Positions 24,356 to 38,645 are shown, numbered from the whole stretch's first letter. The stretch: 57,586 bases of DNA, filler included, from Dugesia japonica (GCA_001938525.1; 6 parts of 6 records of this genome joined end to end with filler, not necessarily neighbours in it), one strand, 5' to 3'. The notes: a model not told the origin generated them from the sequence alone. Program-made: numbers and translations.

Positions 24356-25789
24356 TAGTATTTCAAATACCAAAAATGTTAGAAAAATCTTCAAACCAGC
24401 GTGTATTTGAATTTATTCACATTGCCATTCAAGACATGGGAAAAATTAAAAGTGAAATAGTAAAAACTAATCAAAGTTTAACAAATAAATCTTTAAACTC
24501 TAATAAATTCCTTCAGAAATTCAAGTCGAATTTTGATACTAGCAAATGCCATCAAAGCACCTCCTATGAATCAGGGCTTACAAACCTTACTGAAATGAAT
24601 AATATAATGAACACAGAACTCGTCAAAAAAATATTCAGCGGAAATAACAAACATCAATTATTTAAAATTATTCTGGCTTACATGGGCCAGATCAAAATAG
24701 AAATCCTATCACGAAGCCAAATCATGGATATTTATGAAGAAATTATGAACGCAGAAAAATTCAATGATTTTTACATCACGTAGTAGTTCACTAATATCTT
24801 ATTAAAGAATTACAAAAATAATGGATTCGATATCTCTCAGAACTTCTTAAACTTTAAATTATTTTTAATTAAAAAAATAAAGTTAATTTCAAAAAATCCA
24901 AATTTTTAAAATAAAATCAACTTAAAAGGATATATTACAGACTTCTACAAAAAAGATACAAATTTTATCGAAAAATTTAAAAAATTTCTTCTATATCCAT
25001 AATAAAAGCTATTCTAAAGATTGAAAAAATCAAAACAAAAACTTGACGAAAAACTTGAACATGTTTCAAAAACTAAAATTCATTCTGAAAAATATACAAA
25101 TTCTGACAGAAAAATTGAAAATAGTATTAATTTTAAAAATGCAGTCGACAAAGATGAAAAATAATTTTAAAAATCCGACTAATAATTTAAAATAATTTGG
25201 AAAATTTCAATCCAATTGAAAATTTCGAAAATAATAGTAATTTTAATTGTTCCTTGTACAATGATTCAGAAAACTATAAAAAAATTAAAAATTTGACTAA
25301 CAAATCAAAGAAAATGGAAAATATCAGTTAAATTGAAAAATTAAATCATAAAATTTTTAATAATATTGAAAATTTAAATTTTCTTAATGGTATTATAAAT
25401 GAATATTTAACTGAAAAGAATATTGATAAAAATAATATTACAATTGAACTAGTTTACGGCAAATATGATAAATTTCAAGATTTAAAAGCTTTGAAAAAAT
25501 AGAAAATACCAAAGATATAGAACTGATAATAACGAATCAATTGAAAGATATCAAAGGTAAAATATTTCATAAAATTACTGAATTATTAAAAAAAATTAAA
25601 ACCTCAAAATGAGGATAAAACTTTCAAAAGAGAAATATTAAAAATTGATAGTAAAAAATATTTGAAAAAATGAAAATTTTAATATATCAAATAATTGTGA
25701 AAATAAAACAAAATTTGTTTATATAGTATTCCAAATTCCAAAATTTTTCGCCAACATTTTCATTATTATTATTATTATTAAAGAGAGCT

Positions 25790-28700
25790 GTTGATATACA
25801 ATAATCTGATTATTGTATTGATGTGGTAGTATGGTTCCACCGTAGTGTTTTTTTAGCTAGATATTTTACTGCCATAACTTTTTTGGACCACCAACTTTTC
25901 TGTAGGTATTTGCTGATACTTTGAATAATGTTATTTAATGTTTCATTGAAGTCAGAGATTTTTGAAGTCTCATAGATCCAGTCTTTGTCAACGTTGCTAA
26001 TTTTTGGATCTTTGGAATTAAAAGTTTTGTGTAAATGTACTGTGGATTGAATGTTGTATTAATCTAAGAGGTAGATAAAACCAAGACCCCACATTCAATA
26101 TGGCAGTATATGTAGTGATTACTATCAGTGCTACATTTAATAAATCTTCTAATTGTAAAATCGATGCCTTTGTGTATGTTTTCAGAGACTATAATTTTCC
26201 GCGAGTTTTCAAGATAGCACGTAGCAGTTTTTTAGTTTCTAAATGCAAAAATTAACTTTGATTGTATGAAGACTTTGTAAGCTGTAAGTTTTTGCCAGTA
26301 AGAAGGGCAGATTTTGAAATGTGTTGACTCATTTTGAATAATTTTGTCGTAAAGATTGTGTGGATTAATTTGAATCATTTGGCTTCTATGTATTCTTAGA
26401 TATTTATTGCGGTCTCTTCCTTGGAAAGATAGCACCAGATCATTGAACTATTGTAATCATCTTTAAAGCCAATGATGGCTTATTTCTTTGGGTGAAAGCT
26501 CATCATAGCTTAGAAGACAAAACTTTAGCAGTCGTCAATCATGTTTTTTAAGGTGGTTTCTTCTTGTGCTATGGTGGCAATATCATCTGCAAAAACGAGG
26601 CAACAGAAATTTTTATTGAGACAAATCATTAGAGGGTTTATGCCTATATTAAAGAGAACCATGGAAAGAAAGCAAATTGTCTTACTTCTCTGTTAATGTT
26701 AAAGGACCCATTTCTAGTGTTTTTAGATATGATGGTTTTAATTAGCTTTGTAGTATTAGTTGATACTCACGTGGTTGACTGTACCAGTGATGATTTCAAG
26801 TGACATTCTGCCAAAGGCATCAGTTAAGTTGAGAAAAGAGACAGAAAGTTTATTTTTGGCGTTTCTATGAGTGTCAATAATATAACTAAGGGCAAAATTA
26901 TGTTCAGAGCAGCCTTCCATTTTCCCAAGACGTTCTAATTAGGATCTAAGAAGTTTTCAGTGTTTAGCTAAGTTAAGAAATAATTAGTGAGACAACTGGT
27001 AAATATTTTGTACATGGTATTGACTAAGGCAATATGTCTCTAGTCTGAGAGTTTTTTTAAGACTTTTTTCCAGGCTTGGGTATGAGGACTGTGTTATAAG
27101 GTTTCCAAGCGTTGTGATGGGTAAAGAAAGAATTTGTTATATAAATGTAGATATTAAATAGTAAGATGATTAACAAGTTAAAAATAGCAATATTAAAACA
27201 AATCAAATTCATTTTAATATTTTTAATATCCAATTTTAAATATTCAATAATTTGAATTTCGATATATTTAAATATTATTATAATTTAAATATGTCACATT
27301 TGTCCCTTTGCTTGATCGATTTTGAGGAATTGGATTCCTTGTCATTCTTTCTGGATAACGTCTTCTGGAATCACTCTCAATTGATCGGTTAAGTTTTGTG
27401 TTTTCTTTTTACTGATATTTATGTGCTCCATGACTTTTAGGAAAGCTCATCTCTTGATATTTCTTTGATTTAATTGTAATTTCTTAAAATCAAAGTGCTT
27501 TTCAAGCAAATTGTAAGTATTCATTTATTTTCTTTATTACTTTAAATGGTCCAATAAATCTCCTTTTAAAACCATCATGTGTATTGTTTTTTATCAGCAC
27601 TTTATCATCAATTTTAATTTCATCTCTCCATCGATATTTGTCATATTTATCTGCTGTAACTTTATTATGCTCTTCTATATTTTTTCTTACATGACCATGA
27701 ATATTCATAATATTTCTTTTTAATTTCTACATATTTATCAGAATTCTTCATGATATTCGTTTCGGCTCATTTGAAGCCATGTTATATAAATGTTGATATT
27801 AAATAATAAGATTATTTACAAACTACAAATTATATTTCATGAAATAGCAATATTAAAACAAATCAAATTCATTTTAATATTTTAAATATTCAATAATTTG
27901 AATTTCAATATATTTAAATATATATAAATATCAGGATCGACTTTTTTGATATCACTGAAAAGAAAATTATTAAGACCAGTAGATGACCGTTTGCAGTTTT
28001 TAAGAATTCTCTTGATAGATTGTGGTGTGATTGTAGTAAAGTTGAAAATATTTTGGGTTCTTTTGATGGACAAGCAATCGTTCCAATCGAGAGGTTTAGG
28101 TTTGGTGGATTTTGCGCCATATTTGGATAAATTTTCTTGAGGGGTAGGAAAGCCTTCAGTGAAAGTCATTTCACTAGTTACAATGGCCATGTCTTTTTTG
28201 GGATTGAGGCTAAAAATGCTTTTGATGATTTACTTTTACTAGATTTTTTTTTGTGTTTTATTTTGTCGAAGATCGGCATTACGAGAGGGTTGAGGGATGT
28301 GTTTCTTGGCTAGAATAATCTGAGAGAATAAAGAGATCAGAACATTGACTCTTTAGTCTTCATTTGGTTTCACAGTTTTTTCAACAACTTGTACAGGGTT
28401 CAGGATTTCTGAGATTTGTAGTTCGAAATTGGAGAGATGTAAATGCTTGTATATCTTCGATTTTAAAATTGTACTTGTAGGCCTTATTTGAGAATAACTA
28501 GTGTAGTGCGTTGTAAGTGAAGTTACTTGGCTGGGATTTCACTGTTCATTTGAAGTTGAGGTAGCCAAAGTGATATCAATTGATGTTGTTTCGTTTGTTT
28601 TTCTTCGTTTTATGAATAAGAAAGGATAATTTGAATTAGAGTTCGGAATAAAGAAGCCATCAGTGTCTTTTCTTGAAGTTTTCTTTTTCTCTTTGTCTTT

Positions 28701-29110
28701 TTTGTTTGAAGGAGGGGCAGAAGGTTTCTGTATTTTGTGAGTTTGGTTCATTAGAGCACAGAGGGGTTGGCAATGTTTTACAAGGAGTTGGATGAGTTGG
28801 CAGGATTGTATCGAGCTGAAAGTCATCATATTTACTTAATTTTGTTTGGTTTTTAATTTTCGTATAGATTTATAAAATAAGGGGATTGGTCAAGTTTTGT
28901 ACCCTTTTGATTTGTGATATAGACTGCTTTGAATCGACCATGATTGTGTTTTGTAACTTTGGAATTTTAAAGAGATGCAAATATGGGTTGTAAACTGTCC
29001 GAAGTGTGCAAAGATTTGTTATTTGGTTATCTTCAGTTAATTTCATAATGGTGCCTTTTCTAATGTTCTTTGTGGTGATGAATCTTTGCAGGAATTCAAC
29101 ATGTTTTTGC
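25790..29110 (-). mobile_element. Decayed early-branching non-LTR retrotransposon (Utopia/NeSL/R2-like RT)
   Basis: WK...TVLIPKPGK, RHIALVNTMYKIF, EGCSEHNFAL...SFLNLTDAFG, LSMVLFNIGINPL and VFADDIA motifs. It is interrupted at 27135-27935. Confidence 0.75.
27135..27935 (-). mobile_element. ~800-bp internally deleted or TRIM-like Gypsy element with two ~160-bp LTRs
   Basis: Direct repeats at 27135-27298 and 27780-27935. PBS-like TGGCTTCAA follows the 5' LTR, and PPT-like AAAGGGACAAA precedes the TGTGAC 3' LTR. The internal ORF has an integrase GPY/F tail (DDKVLIK...FIGPFKVIKK). Confidence 0.65.
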
Positions 29111-29205
29111 TTGTTTTTTATTTATTCATTAGAGTAAATTTAGAAGGAATAAATCAAAAATTATAAGCAAAATAGATGGTAAAAATTAATAATAACCATC
29201 AAATA

Positions 29206-29407
29206 TTAGGTCTAGAAGTTAATTTAGCGGATTTTTTTAAAAGTCAAAATACATGTTTATGTAACAGAAATTTAATACAAAATTTAATTAGAATATTGTC
29301 CGTCTTTAGCAGCAATATTTCGCGAAATTTTTGGTAACTTGTGAACACCTTGGAAAAAAAGTTTTCTTCCTTAGACAAGATCCATTCCTCAAGCCATTTT
29401 TCTATGT
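29206..29407 (-). mobile_element. mariner 3' end
   Basis: KWLEEWILSKEENFF..GVHKLP.....AKDGQY C-terminus plus a TATTAGGT TIR. Confidence 0.7.
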
Positions 29408-29507
29408 NNNNNNNNNNNNNNNNNNNNNNNNNNNNNNNNNNNNNNNNNNNNTTAATTAATTAANNNNNNNNNNNNNNNNNNNNNNNNNNNNNNNNNNNNN
29501 NNNNNNN
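29408..29507. other. Artificial contig spacer
   Basis: N44-TTAATTAATTAA-N44. Confidence 0.97.
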
Positions 29508-30592
29508 TATTATTCTTTTATTGATTTGCCACAAAAAATTCCCCGAATCAACCTGTCTATTTAATTTACCTCACAATTATATTGCCAAGAAAACGGCAGC
29601 GGAAACAAATCGCTAGCTTGTAAAAATTCATGTTGAACATGCATCTTCAGATATGACATGCAAGAATTAGTTTTATCGACTTAGAAATGGCGATTACAAA
29701 ACCAAAGAATAGAGCTTGGAAAACGATCAAAAGATTTTGAAAATAAAAAATTGGCAATGTTGATCAGGCCACACACAATCTGAACTGGCTGTTGCATTAA
29801 ATGTAACCCAACAACATATTTCATAAAGTCTACAAGGCATGAAAATGAATAAAAAATTTGGGAATTATGTTCCACATGTATTGACAGAAAGAGACATTGA
29901 ACGAAAACAATTTGTGATGTTCTTCTTTAGAGACAGAAAAGAAAATGTTTTTGTATGGATTCACTATCAAAATCCCAAACGCAAAGCAGCTTGTGTGAAG
30001 CCAGATGAATCCAGTATATCAACACCGAAACCAAATATCAATGGTTCAAAATTAATGTTGTGTATCTGGTGGAATCATAATGGTGTAAACTATTATTATG
30101 TGCTAAAACCATCGAAAACCATAACTGTTGAATGTTATTGATTGTAATTAATTCGTTTGAAGCCAACTCTGGTTTAAAAGAGACCAGAATTAGAGAAAAT
30201 ACATTCACGATGATTTTGCAGCATGATAACGCTAGGCCACAGGTTAATTCGGTTCTTACGAATTATTTAGGAGTAAACTGGGAAGTCTTACATCACCCGC
30301 CGTATTCACAGGATATTGATACTTCGGATTAGCCTTTGTTTCATGCAATGTAATCAGTATTTTCTGCAGAGTTGTTCAATTCCGATGAAGATATTTGAAT
30401 TTTGGTAGATAACTGGATTACTTTTAAAGAGCTACAATTCTTCTTTTGTGGAATTCATTCGTTACTTGAATGATGGGCAAAGGTTGTAGCTTCAAATGGA
30501 ATTTATTCTGAATAATGGATTTTAAATAAAAATTTTAAAGTAACTCTTTGTTTTTTACTCAAAAAAGCCGGAGTCATATTTGTAAACTTAAT
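29508..30592 (+). mobile_element. Decayed mariner (DD34D) transposon
   Basis: YVPHVLT, WIHYQNPKR, KLMLCIWW, QHDNARP and HPPYSQDI..SD motifs, with a 3' TIR ending CTTAATA. Confidence 0.9.
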
Positions 30593-32408
30593 AAGTCAAT
30601 AATTTTCTGGTATTGATTTTTCACGAATTTAGAATTTAACTGAAATTTTCATGAATATTACTATTGATTTTACAGATTAATAGTTAAATAAGAGATTTCG
30701 ATAAACCACAACATTAATTTTGTCAATTTCAAGTTAATTAAAGAACTCACTGATATGAAATAATGTAAGTCGTACAAAATGAAAACTTTGTAAATTAAAA
30801 TTTTTGTAATCGAATTGTATTTATTGACGAGGACGGAAATTACTGGCTTCATTGGCTCAAACATAAAGAGGCAGAATTTACTTTGGGCCACTTCTAAAAT
30901 TTAGAACGTATCATTCGACTGTTGTACTACCAAGCGGAGGCTAAAGGGATGGAAGAAAAGATCAACCGATTATAGCATAAACTAAGGAAAGTCAAACTGG
31001 AAAAGGGTCATCTAGTTAACCCCTTGTGCGGTTGGTAAATAGCGTAAAGAAATAAGACACAAGAAAATATGAAATCGGAAGCAATGGAAAGTTTAGAACC
31101 GCCTCATCGGCTCAGACATATGAGGGTTGACCTGACCTCATACAAATAATCAACTTTTGTAGTAATGTTTAATGAATTGCTTTGATAATTGATGTAATTA
31201 TCGTAAATAAAAGTTTTATATCGTATGATTTTAATTTTCTTTTACCAAAGAGAGTCGAAAATTGTATTGACTTGCGAATCTCAAGTAACTAGTTCAAAAA
31301 AAGACTGATAAACCCTCTGGGCCGCTGAACCCAAACCAAATTGGTAGTTACTGCACTCTCGTGGAAGAGAGCCATTGAAACCAAACTGAGAGCAGACAAG
31401 AGACATCCGACATTAAAATCATTGTGGTTGACCACGAGATTCCCTTCGATCAAGTAAAATCGTGAAAACACAATAATATTATTGATAGTATGATTGCAAA
31501 TTTAATTGATATTATTGGTAATATTATCGATAGTACAGTCAACGGCATTATTGATTGTATTATTAATATTATCAATGGTATTATTGATGATATTATTGAT
31601 GGTATTGATGCTATCGTTAATGATGATATTAATGATAGTATAATTGATGCTATTAATTAATTAATGTTAAAATTATCTCTTTTATCATTGCTAGTTCAAT
31701 AAAATAAATTTTATTAATTGGTATGTTTTTGAGATCAAATGGCTTTTGCATTATAGTTTACAGATTATCCTATTTTCGTTTCTCGTTATCATTCGTGCTT
31801 TGCTCAATGTTCAATAACGTATTTTTATGTACAAGTTTGTAAAAAATGATTATAAAACATTTTTTTCACAAGATATTGATTATATTAATAATGATTTAGA
31901 ATCGATGGGAAAAGTTGAGGGACATAAATTGAGAGATGTGAATTAATTTAATTTATAATAATTAAAATCTACGTAGTCACTTCTGTTAAACAAATATTCT
32001 ACTTTTTGAGTGGGAAAAAATAATAAATATTTGCAAACTGAATTTCGTTTTGTTAAAGAACGCGAAGTTTCTGTAAAATAAATATATTATTTAATTGAAA
32101 TGATGTTAACTTGTTGAATGGCTCCAAAATTGTTAAAAAATTTTGAAAAATGTTTATTATTAGAAATGAATTATATTAATCGTTTAAACTGACTTACTTT
32201 TAAAAGCATTTTTAAATCAATAAAATATAACCGAAATATTCATTTAATATAAATGTGATTATGGAATAATTTACAAAAATTAAAAGTACAAAAGATTTAA
32301 AATCAAATTATTTTGTTGTTCGTTAATATTTGTGAGTTCTTCATAAAATTTGTCATATAAAATGAACTGATTTTGTTTTGAATAATTTTTAAAGTAAATT
32401 TTAATAAA

Positions 32409-34590
32409 GTACTCTCATATCTCAATTTAACGGACTTAAAGAGAGGAGTGTGTATCCGATAAATCCGATTGACCTTAGATTCTGAATTTTATTTTATTTA
32501 ATCAAACCGACAAAATTTTATTAATAAATCTTCAATTTAAAAACCAATTATCAATACATTATAAAAATACATGAAATATTTTGGGGATTAAAAGAAAACA
32601 AAGTTTTTAAAAACTTTGTATTAAAAATCGAGTTAAATTTTAAAATTATTAGAATTCATTTAAGTTTTAATTTTTCGATCGTATTAGTTTAGAAATTCAG
32701 AATTAAATTCTTTCGAGAAATAATTATTCAGAAAATTCTAAATATCGGTTGGTGTTTCTTTTGAAACGAGTGAAGATGAAAAAATCGCGTTCGCTTGATA
32801 CCTCAACTGATTGAGAAATATGATCGGATTTTCTAAAAAAGTCCAATGTCAATTGTTTTCCTCTTTTTGACCTTTCCTTGATTATAGAATCTCGAAAAAT
32901 TCGCATATTTTCATAGTAGGCACTAAAATCACTATTTTTACTATATTCTATAACATAAAAACTAGTATAAATAGAATTTTGAATTTTTGAAAGCTTTGGT
33001 AGTTAAATCGGCTCTTCATTATCATNNNNNNNNNNNNNNNNNNNNNNNNNNNNNNNNNNNNNNNNNNNNNNNNNNNNNNNNNNNNNNNNNNNNNNNNNNN
33101 NNNNNNNNNNNNNNNNATTCTCATCTAACAAAGTTTGAACATCCTCCAAGGTAATATTATTCTCACCTATATTATGTAACATATGAGGAAAATCAGTAAA
33201 TTCGATACCTTTTAACTTGTATTCGAGTTCAACATCAATAAGTAGTTTTTTTCCAGCTATTTGCTAGAGTAGACATTTTCAGATCTTTCCACGTTTTGTC
33301 AAAGTTTAATATAGCTGATTTAATAGTATCATTGAGCATATTTTGAAGGGATCTTAAACCTCTTGCATCATTTTCTGTATCATATCGTTTTCTATGACAA
33401 CTATAACTTCATTTAAATAATGCTTTTGATATCTTCTTTTGCAAGCACTAATAACACCTAGGTCCATTGGCTGTACTATCAAAGTGGTGTCGAAAGGTAA
33501 AAACATTGTACAGATTTTTCGTATGCTAATCAACTTATCTGCGCTTGGATGAACAGGTACATTATCTAAAATACGAAGAACTTTTCATAATTGGCATTTA
33601 TGTANNNNNNNNNNNNNNNNNNNNNNNNNNNNNNNNNNNNNNNNNNNNNNNNNNNNNNNNNNNNNNNNNNNNNNNNNNNNNNNNNNNNNNNNNNNNNNNN
33701 NNNNNNNATGAATTGGCAAGTTGTTCATACAATCTTTTAAAGCTCGAGGACGTGCTGATTTACCAACCACAACTAATTTATTTCTATGTGATTCATCGGA
33801 ATTAGCGCAACAAAGTATAGATATTCTTTCTTTAGAAATCTTTTTTTCCCTTTAGCCGTTCTTCATCTTTACTTGTCTGTGTATTTTAAGGCAAAGAGCG
33901 CAAAAAGAGCCCAGTTTCATTGGTATTATATTTCTGAAACTGCAAAAGCTTTTCTTTACTTATAATATCATGTAAACTATTTTGATAATGTTCCGCATTA
34001 GGTACATCTGTACTTCCCGCCTCACTCATACTAATAATATCACGCAATCCATGTCCGTTACGAAAACGCGATAGCCAACTATCACTTGCACCACAATCGA
34101 TATTTAAATGCTTACTAAGTTTTGGACATGTATCGCGTATAGATCCAGAGGCTATATTTGTACCACCAGCTTTTTTTGTACGTTCCATTTATACACTATT
34201 TCAAATAATTCTTTCTGGGCATCAGTTTTCATATGTTTGTGTGATTCCACAGATACTGATTTGCTTGAATATCCGTCAACACAAAATTGCAAAGAATAAT
34301 TCACAAGTTTACATTTTGATTTTAGAATATCAGAAACTGTTTGTTTTTTTACTCCATATTCTTCACATATTTGTTTAACACATGCTCCATTCTACATTTA
34401 ATTAAAGATTTCTTACTATTGTTAAATTTACTCTTTTCTTTTTTTTCTGGTCTAACTTTTTTGATGCCATGTTATATAAAGAATATTTTATTTAAATAAT
34501 CAGATTATATTTAGCAAATAATTAAATCAATTTCTATATACACACGTATTTCGGTTTAACGAACCCTTATTCAACGGATTTCGAAAACTG
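32409..34590 (-). mobile_element. Decayed pogo/Tigger (Jerky/TIGD-like) transposon
   Basis: CENP-B HTH (ASDSWLSRFRNGHGL), YNTNETGLF and FLP..TT..VQPMDLGVI motifs. Ends are approximate. Confidence 0.85.
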
Positions 34591-34861
34591 CCAATAAAGT
34601 ACTACAAATTAATTTCACATGATACTTTAGTTTGAAATATAGGTATAATATTGTCTTTCAAGAATTTTATTCCCAAATTAAATATAAAGAAATTGATTTG
34701 AAATTTTAAATTTCTGTAAATTTTATTGTAACAAATTTACTGTTTTTAGATTTAAGGCATTACAGATAGTAAAGAAAGATGACAATATAAATATCTTGTT
34801 TGAATTGAAAATAAATGTTATCAGACAAAATCGATTTTTATCCTGTATACCCAAATGCTAA

Positions 34862-34971
34862 CAATTATTATTATTAAAATTATTAATATTGTTATTTTTA
34901 TTACTATTATATTATAATTATNNNNNNNNNNNNNNNNNNNNNNNNNNNNNNNNNNNNNNNNNNNNNNNNNN

Positions 34972-35023
<52 letters not shown>

Positions 35024-35471
35024 AAATATTATTATTATTATTATTTGAAATAAAACTTTATACCTTATTCAATTTTTAAAATTATTACTACTTAATCAAT
35101 TCAATTTGAAAATAACCGATATTTGACGGTATTTAGTGTTAAAATAGTACAGCAAGAGTCAGGTTAATATAAATTCACTTCAATAAATATCAATAAAATT
35201 TTTATATCACTAACATTGACGATTACTAACTAAATTTTTTGAATAAAATCTACAATTTTATAACACTATTATCGAGTTACAAGTTTCAATTGCTTTACAA
35301 TAAGATTTCGTATTGTAATAAATTATTAGAGATAAATATGAATTTCAAAAAACATGCAGTTGATAAATGGTTGTAACAAATCGTAATGAAAGATAACAAA
35401 TCAAATTTTTTTTGCGAATTATTATAATTATAATTAACATTACAAATATTAATATTATTAATATGATTATG

Positions 35472-35526
<55 letters not shown>

Positions 35527-35576
35527 NNNNNNNNNNNNNNNNNNNNNNNNNNNNNNNNNNNNNNNNNNNNNNNNNN

Positions 35577-35629
<53 letters not shown>

Positions 35630-35660
35630 GTATTGGTATTATTATTATTATTATTTTTAT
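34862..35660. repeat. (ATT)n microsatellite tracts
   Basis: Long ATT runs at about 34862-35045 and 35418-35660, both spanning gaps. Confidence 0.95.
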
Positions 35661-36974
35661 CGTTGTTAATATATAACATAATCAAAAGCTAATCAATTCT
35701 TTCTTTGTTGAAAAATAAAAAGAATCAAATATCTGATTTTAATAATTTATGCCTTAATTAGTGCTTAAATTTTAAAAAATTAAAGATCGATTACAATTTA
35801 ATTTCCTTATTCTATATAATACTCGAAAAAAATTCCATAATCTGAGGAATTTAATACAAATATTCGATGATGTATGTATTAATTAAAACTTAACAAAACC
35901 AAAGTTTGCACAGTTTACGTAAGATTGAAATTTATTGATTTGTGCACATATTTAGTCTGAATACAATGATCAAATAAACGAAATCTATATTTGTGAAAAT
36001 AAATTCAGTTTCATTTATTGTTGAAAATTTCAATCGTTTAACTATATCATTATTACGTGATTTATAAAAAAAATTTCACTGTAATTGATGTATGAGAAGT
36101 TTTGTTTTTATGGAAATACACTTTAAGGAATATTAGTAATTTCTAGGTTTATTTTGGCTTTGTTTTTTGATATTAATAATAGATGATATTATTATTTCTA
36201 TTATTGGTGCTGAATCAATGGCATTATTGACAGTATTATTGATGGTATTATTGATGGAATTATAGATGGTATCATTGATGTTATTATTAATGATATTATT
36301 GATGGTAATAGTGATATCGTTATATATGATAATAATGATAGAATAATTGATGATATTAATAAATCATTAATATGGAAATTAATTCAATTAATTAAATTTT
36401 GGATCGGAAGTTTAATTAAATTATGGTTCGGTACAAATTGAGTAAAAACATAAAACAACAACGTAAACAAGGAAATCTTGAGGAGATTAATTTAATATTT
36501 GGAAATTTGCAAGTAAGAGCGGTTACAATCAAAGCAAAATATTAGAGATAGAGCTACTAAATCTAGATCTGCAAAGACTCTACAACAGTTTGAGACACAA
36601 GTATAAGTGTAAGACGTTCACAGACTGTGCAACAACTTAGCCCATCATTGGAAGTAAGTGTTAATATGGAAAGATTGAAATAGTTTGTAGTTACTTCATG
36701 CCAAGAAGTTTAAATTACAGTCGCAAGATATTTGCTTTAAAAATAAAAAAGTAAAATTCTGAATATAGATGGGTTTTCATTAAAATATGCAATAATTTGT
36801 TGAGAATTATANNNNNNNNNNNNNNNNNNNNNNNNNNNNNNNNNNNNNNNNNNNNNNNNNNNNNNNNNNNNNNNNNNNNNNNNNNNNNNNNNNNNNNNNN
36901 NNNNNNNNNNNNNNNNNNNNNNNNNNNNNNNNNNNNNNNNNNNNNNNNNNNNNNNNNNNNNNNNNNNNNNNNNN

Positions 36975-37400
36975 CTGAATCATGGAAACTCTAAAGTTTC
37001 TGACCAAGGGACGGATTCGAGTGACTTTTTCAATCTTCCAAAAAAGAAACGTTCTTATCACGTAAAATGTTTAAAAGCGATCTAAATGATATTCAGATGT
37101 CGCAAGGTTTAGCCAGTACGGTGATTGCACTAAAGTATCTCAATCCCGTTGTAGAAGTTTTTACCGGGTAACCAAAGACACTCGTAGTCTAGTATTGTCT
37201 TGATGAAACACATTATCATTTCTGTTAGTTTGTTCAGACCGCTTCTGAGTGATTGCTTCCTTTAAATTATTTAGTTGTGAACAGTATTTCTCTAAATTAA
37301 TAGTTTTGTTTTAAGGCTGAAGATCATAATAAATTATTCCGTTGAAATCTCACCAAATGCATAGCATTGCTTTCTTTGGATTTAAAGAGGAAATTTGGAA
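36975..37400 (-). mobile_element. mariner transposase fragment
   Basis: KAMLCIW*DFNGIIYY...TIN.EKYCSQL..L..AI...VFHQDNTR...SPY..NLATSEYHL. Confidence 0.85.
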
Positions 37401-37464
37401 GATAGGTTCACCTAAAATTTAATTTTCAAATGTAATGCTNNNNNNNNNNNNNNNNNNNNNNNNN

Positions 37465-38433
37465 GAAAAATGCATAGGAAAAGCTAGAATTAAATTAATT
37501 TGGAAAAAGCATATTGAGAAAGAAATAATTATTGTTAAAGATATTTGTCCAAATTTTATTGGTGCTATCGATATAATGGAAGCGTTTAGAATGGGAATAA
37601 AAGAGATCAATATCATAGATTCAAAAGATGTTATGCAAAAATAAAAAACTTGATAATAAAAAAATGAATGCACTCAAGCTAAATGCCAGCAATAGAATAA
37701 TTGAATTACTTCATAAAGATGACCACATATTTATGAATTCAAAATTTGATGTAGTGTTAACAAATATGACAATGCATATTATAGAAACTAAAGGAGAACG
37801 CGTATTGATAAATCCAGGAATCCAATGCACTTAGAAGGCAAGATAGAAGAAGTAACACAAAATATATTATCAGCAAATGTTATAAAACCTTGTCGAAGTC
37901 CATGGAATTCTCCAGTAGTGATTGTTCCAAAAAAAGATGGTTCTCTAAGAATGTGCCTTGTTTTTAGGAAATTGAATTCGGTAACTGAAAAATATTCGTT
38001 TCCTGTTCCAGATATAAATATGTCATTTGATACATTAAATGGCTCTATTTTTTTCATCAATTGATCTAGGACAGGCATATTATCAAATTGAGTTAACTGA
38101 GAAGTCAAAATTAAAAACAGCTTTCAGCACAAAAATAGGACAATTTTGTTTCAATCGCATGCCGCTCGGATTATGCACCGCGCCTGCAACATTTCAAGAA
38201 TTAATGCATAAAATTTTAAACAAGATGTTATTTACTGGAGTGCTTAGACACAAGAAATTCATGATAAACATTTGCAAAATGTGTTGGAATTAATTGAACA
38301 ATCTGNTCTAAAAATTAATCCTGAAAAATGTATATTTAGTGTATCAAAACTCAAATTTCTTGGTCATACAATCAGTTCTAGAAGTGTTGAAACAAATGAT
38401 GACATTATTAATAAAGCTGTTATTCCAAAATGT
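37465..38433 (+). pseudogene. Gypsy protease/RT fragment
   Basis: SPWNSPVVIVPKKDGSLRMC, SIDLGQAYYQI and KTAFST..GQF.FNRMPLGL..APATFQ. The YxDD region is deleted. Confidence 0.9.
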
Positions 38434-38533
38434 NNNNNNNNNNNNNNNNNNNNNNNNNNNNNNNNNNNNNNNNNNNNTTAATTAATTAANNNNNNNNNNN
38501 NNNNNNNNNNNNNNNNNNNNNNNNNNNNNNNNN
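38434..38533. other. Artificial contig spacer
   Basis: N44-TTAATTAATTAA-N44. Confidence 0.97.
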
Positions 38534-38645
38534 TACTGATAACTAATTTATTATTAATATTATGTTTAGCAATATTACTTCCACTACCATCTCTACGATG
38601 CTCCTGAATTCTTGTACAGAGACTTCCCGTCAGCTTTGCACAAGA
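38534..38645 (-). pseudogene. Penelope GIY-YIG endonuclease fragment
   Basis: TGSLCTRIQEHRRDGSGSNIAKH matches the T.R.L..RI.EH....S.IA.H pattern. Confidence 0.6.

Noticed and set aside
30764-31472. Possible solo LTR (TG...CA with ATAA flanks)
   Set aside because: The TSD is low-complexity, the termini are not inverted, and there is no second copy in the window.
31480-31660. (ATTATTGAT)n-like tracts here and at 36180-36360 as coding repeats
   Set aside because: They are degenerate trinucleotide low-complexity sequence with no splice or ORF support.
35412-35630. Poly-Ile/poly-Tyr ORF and other N-spanning ORFs (36797, 46956, 33545)
   Set aside because: These are microsatellite and gap artefacts.
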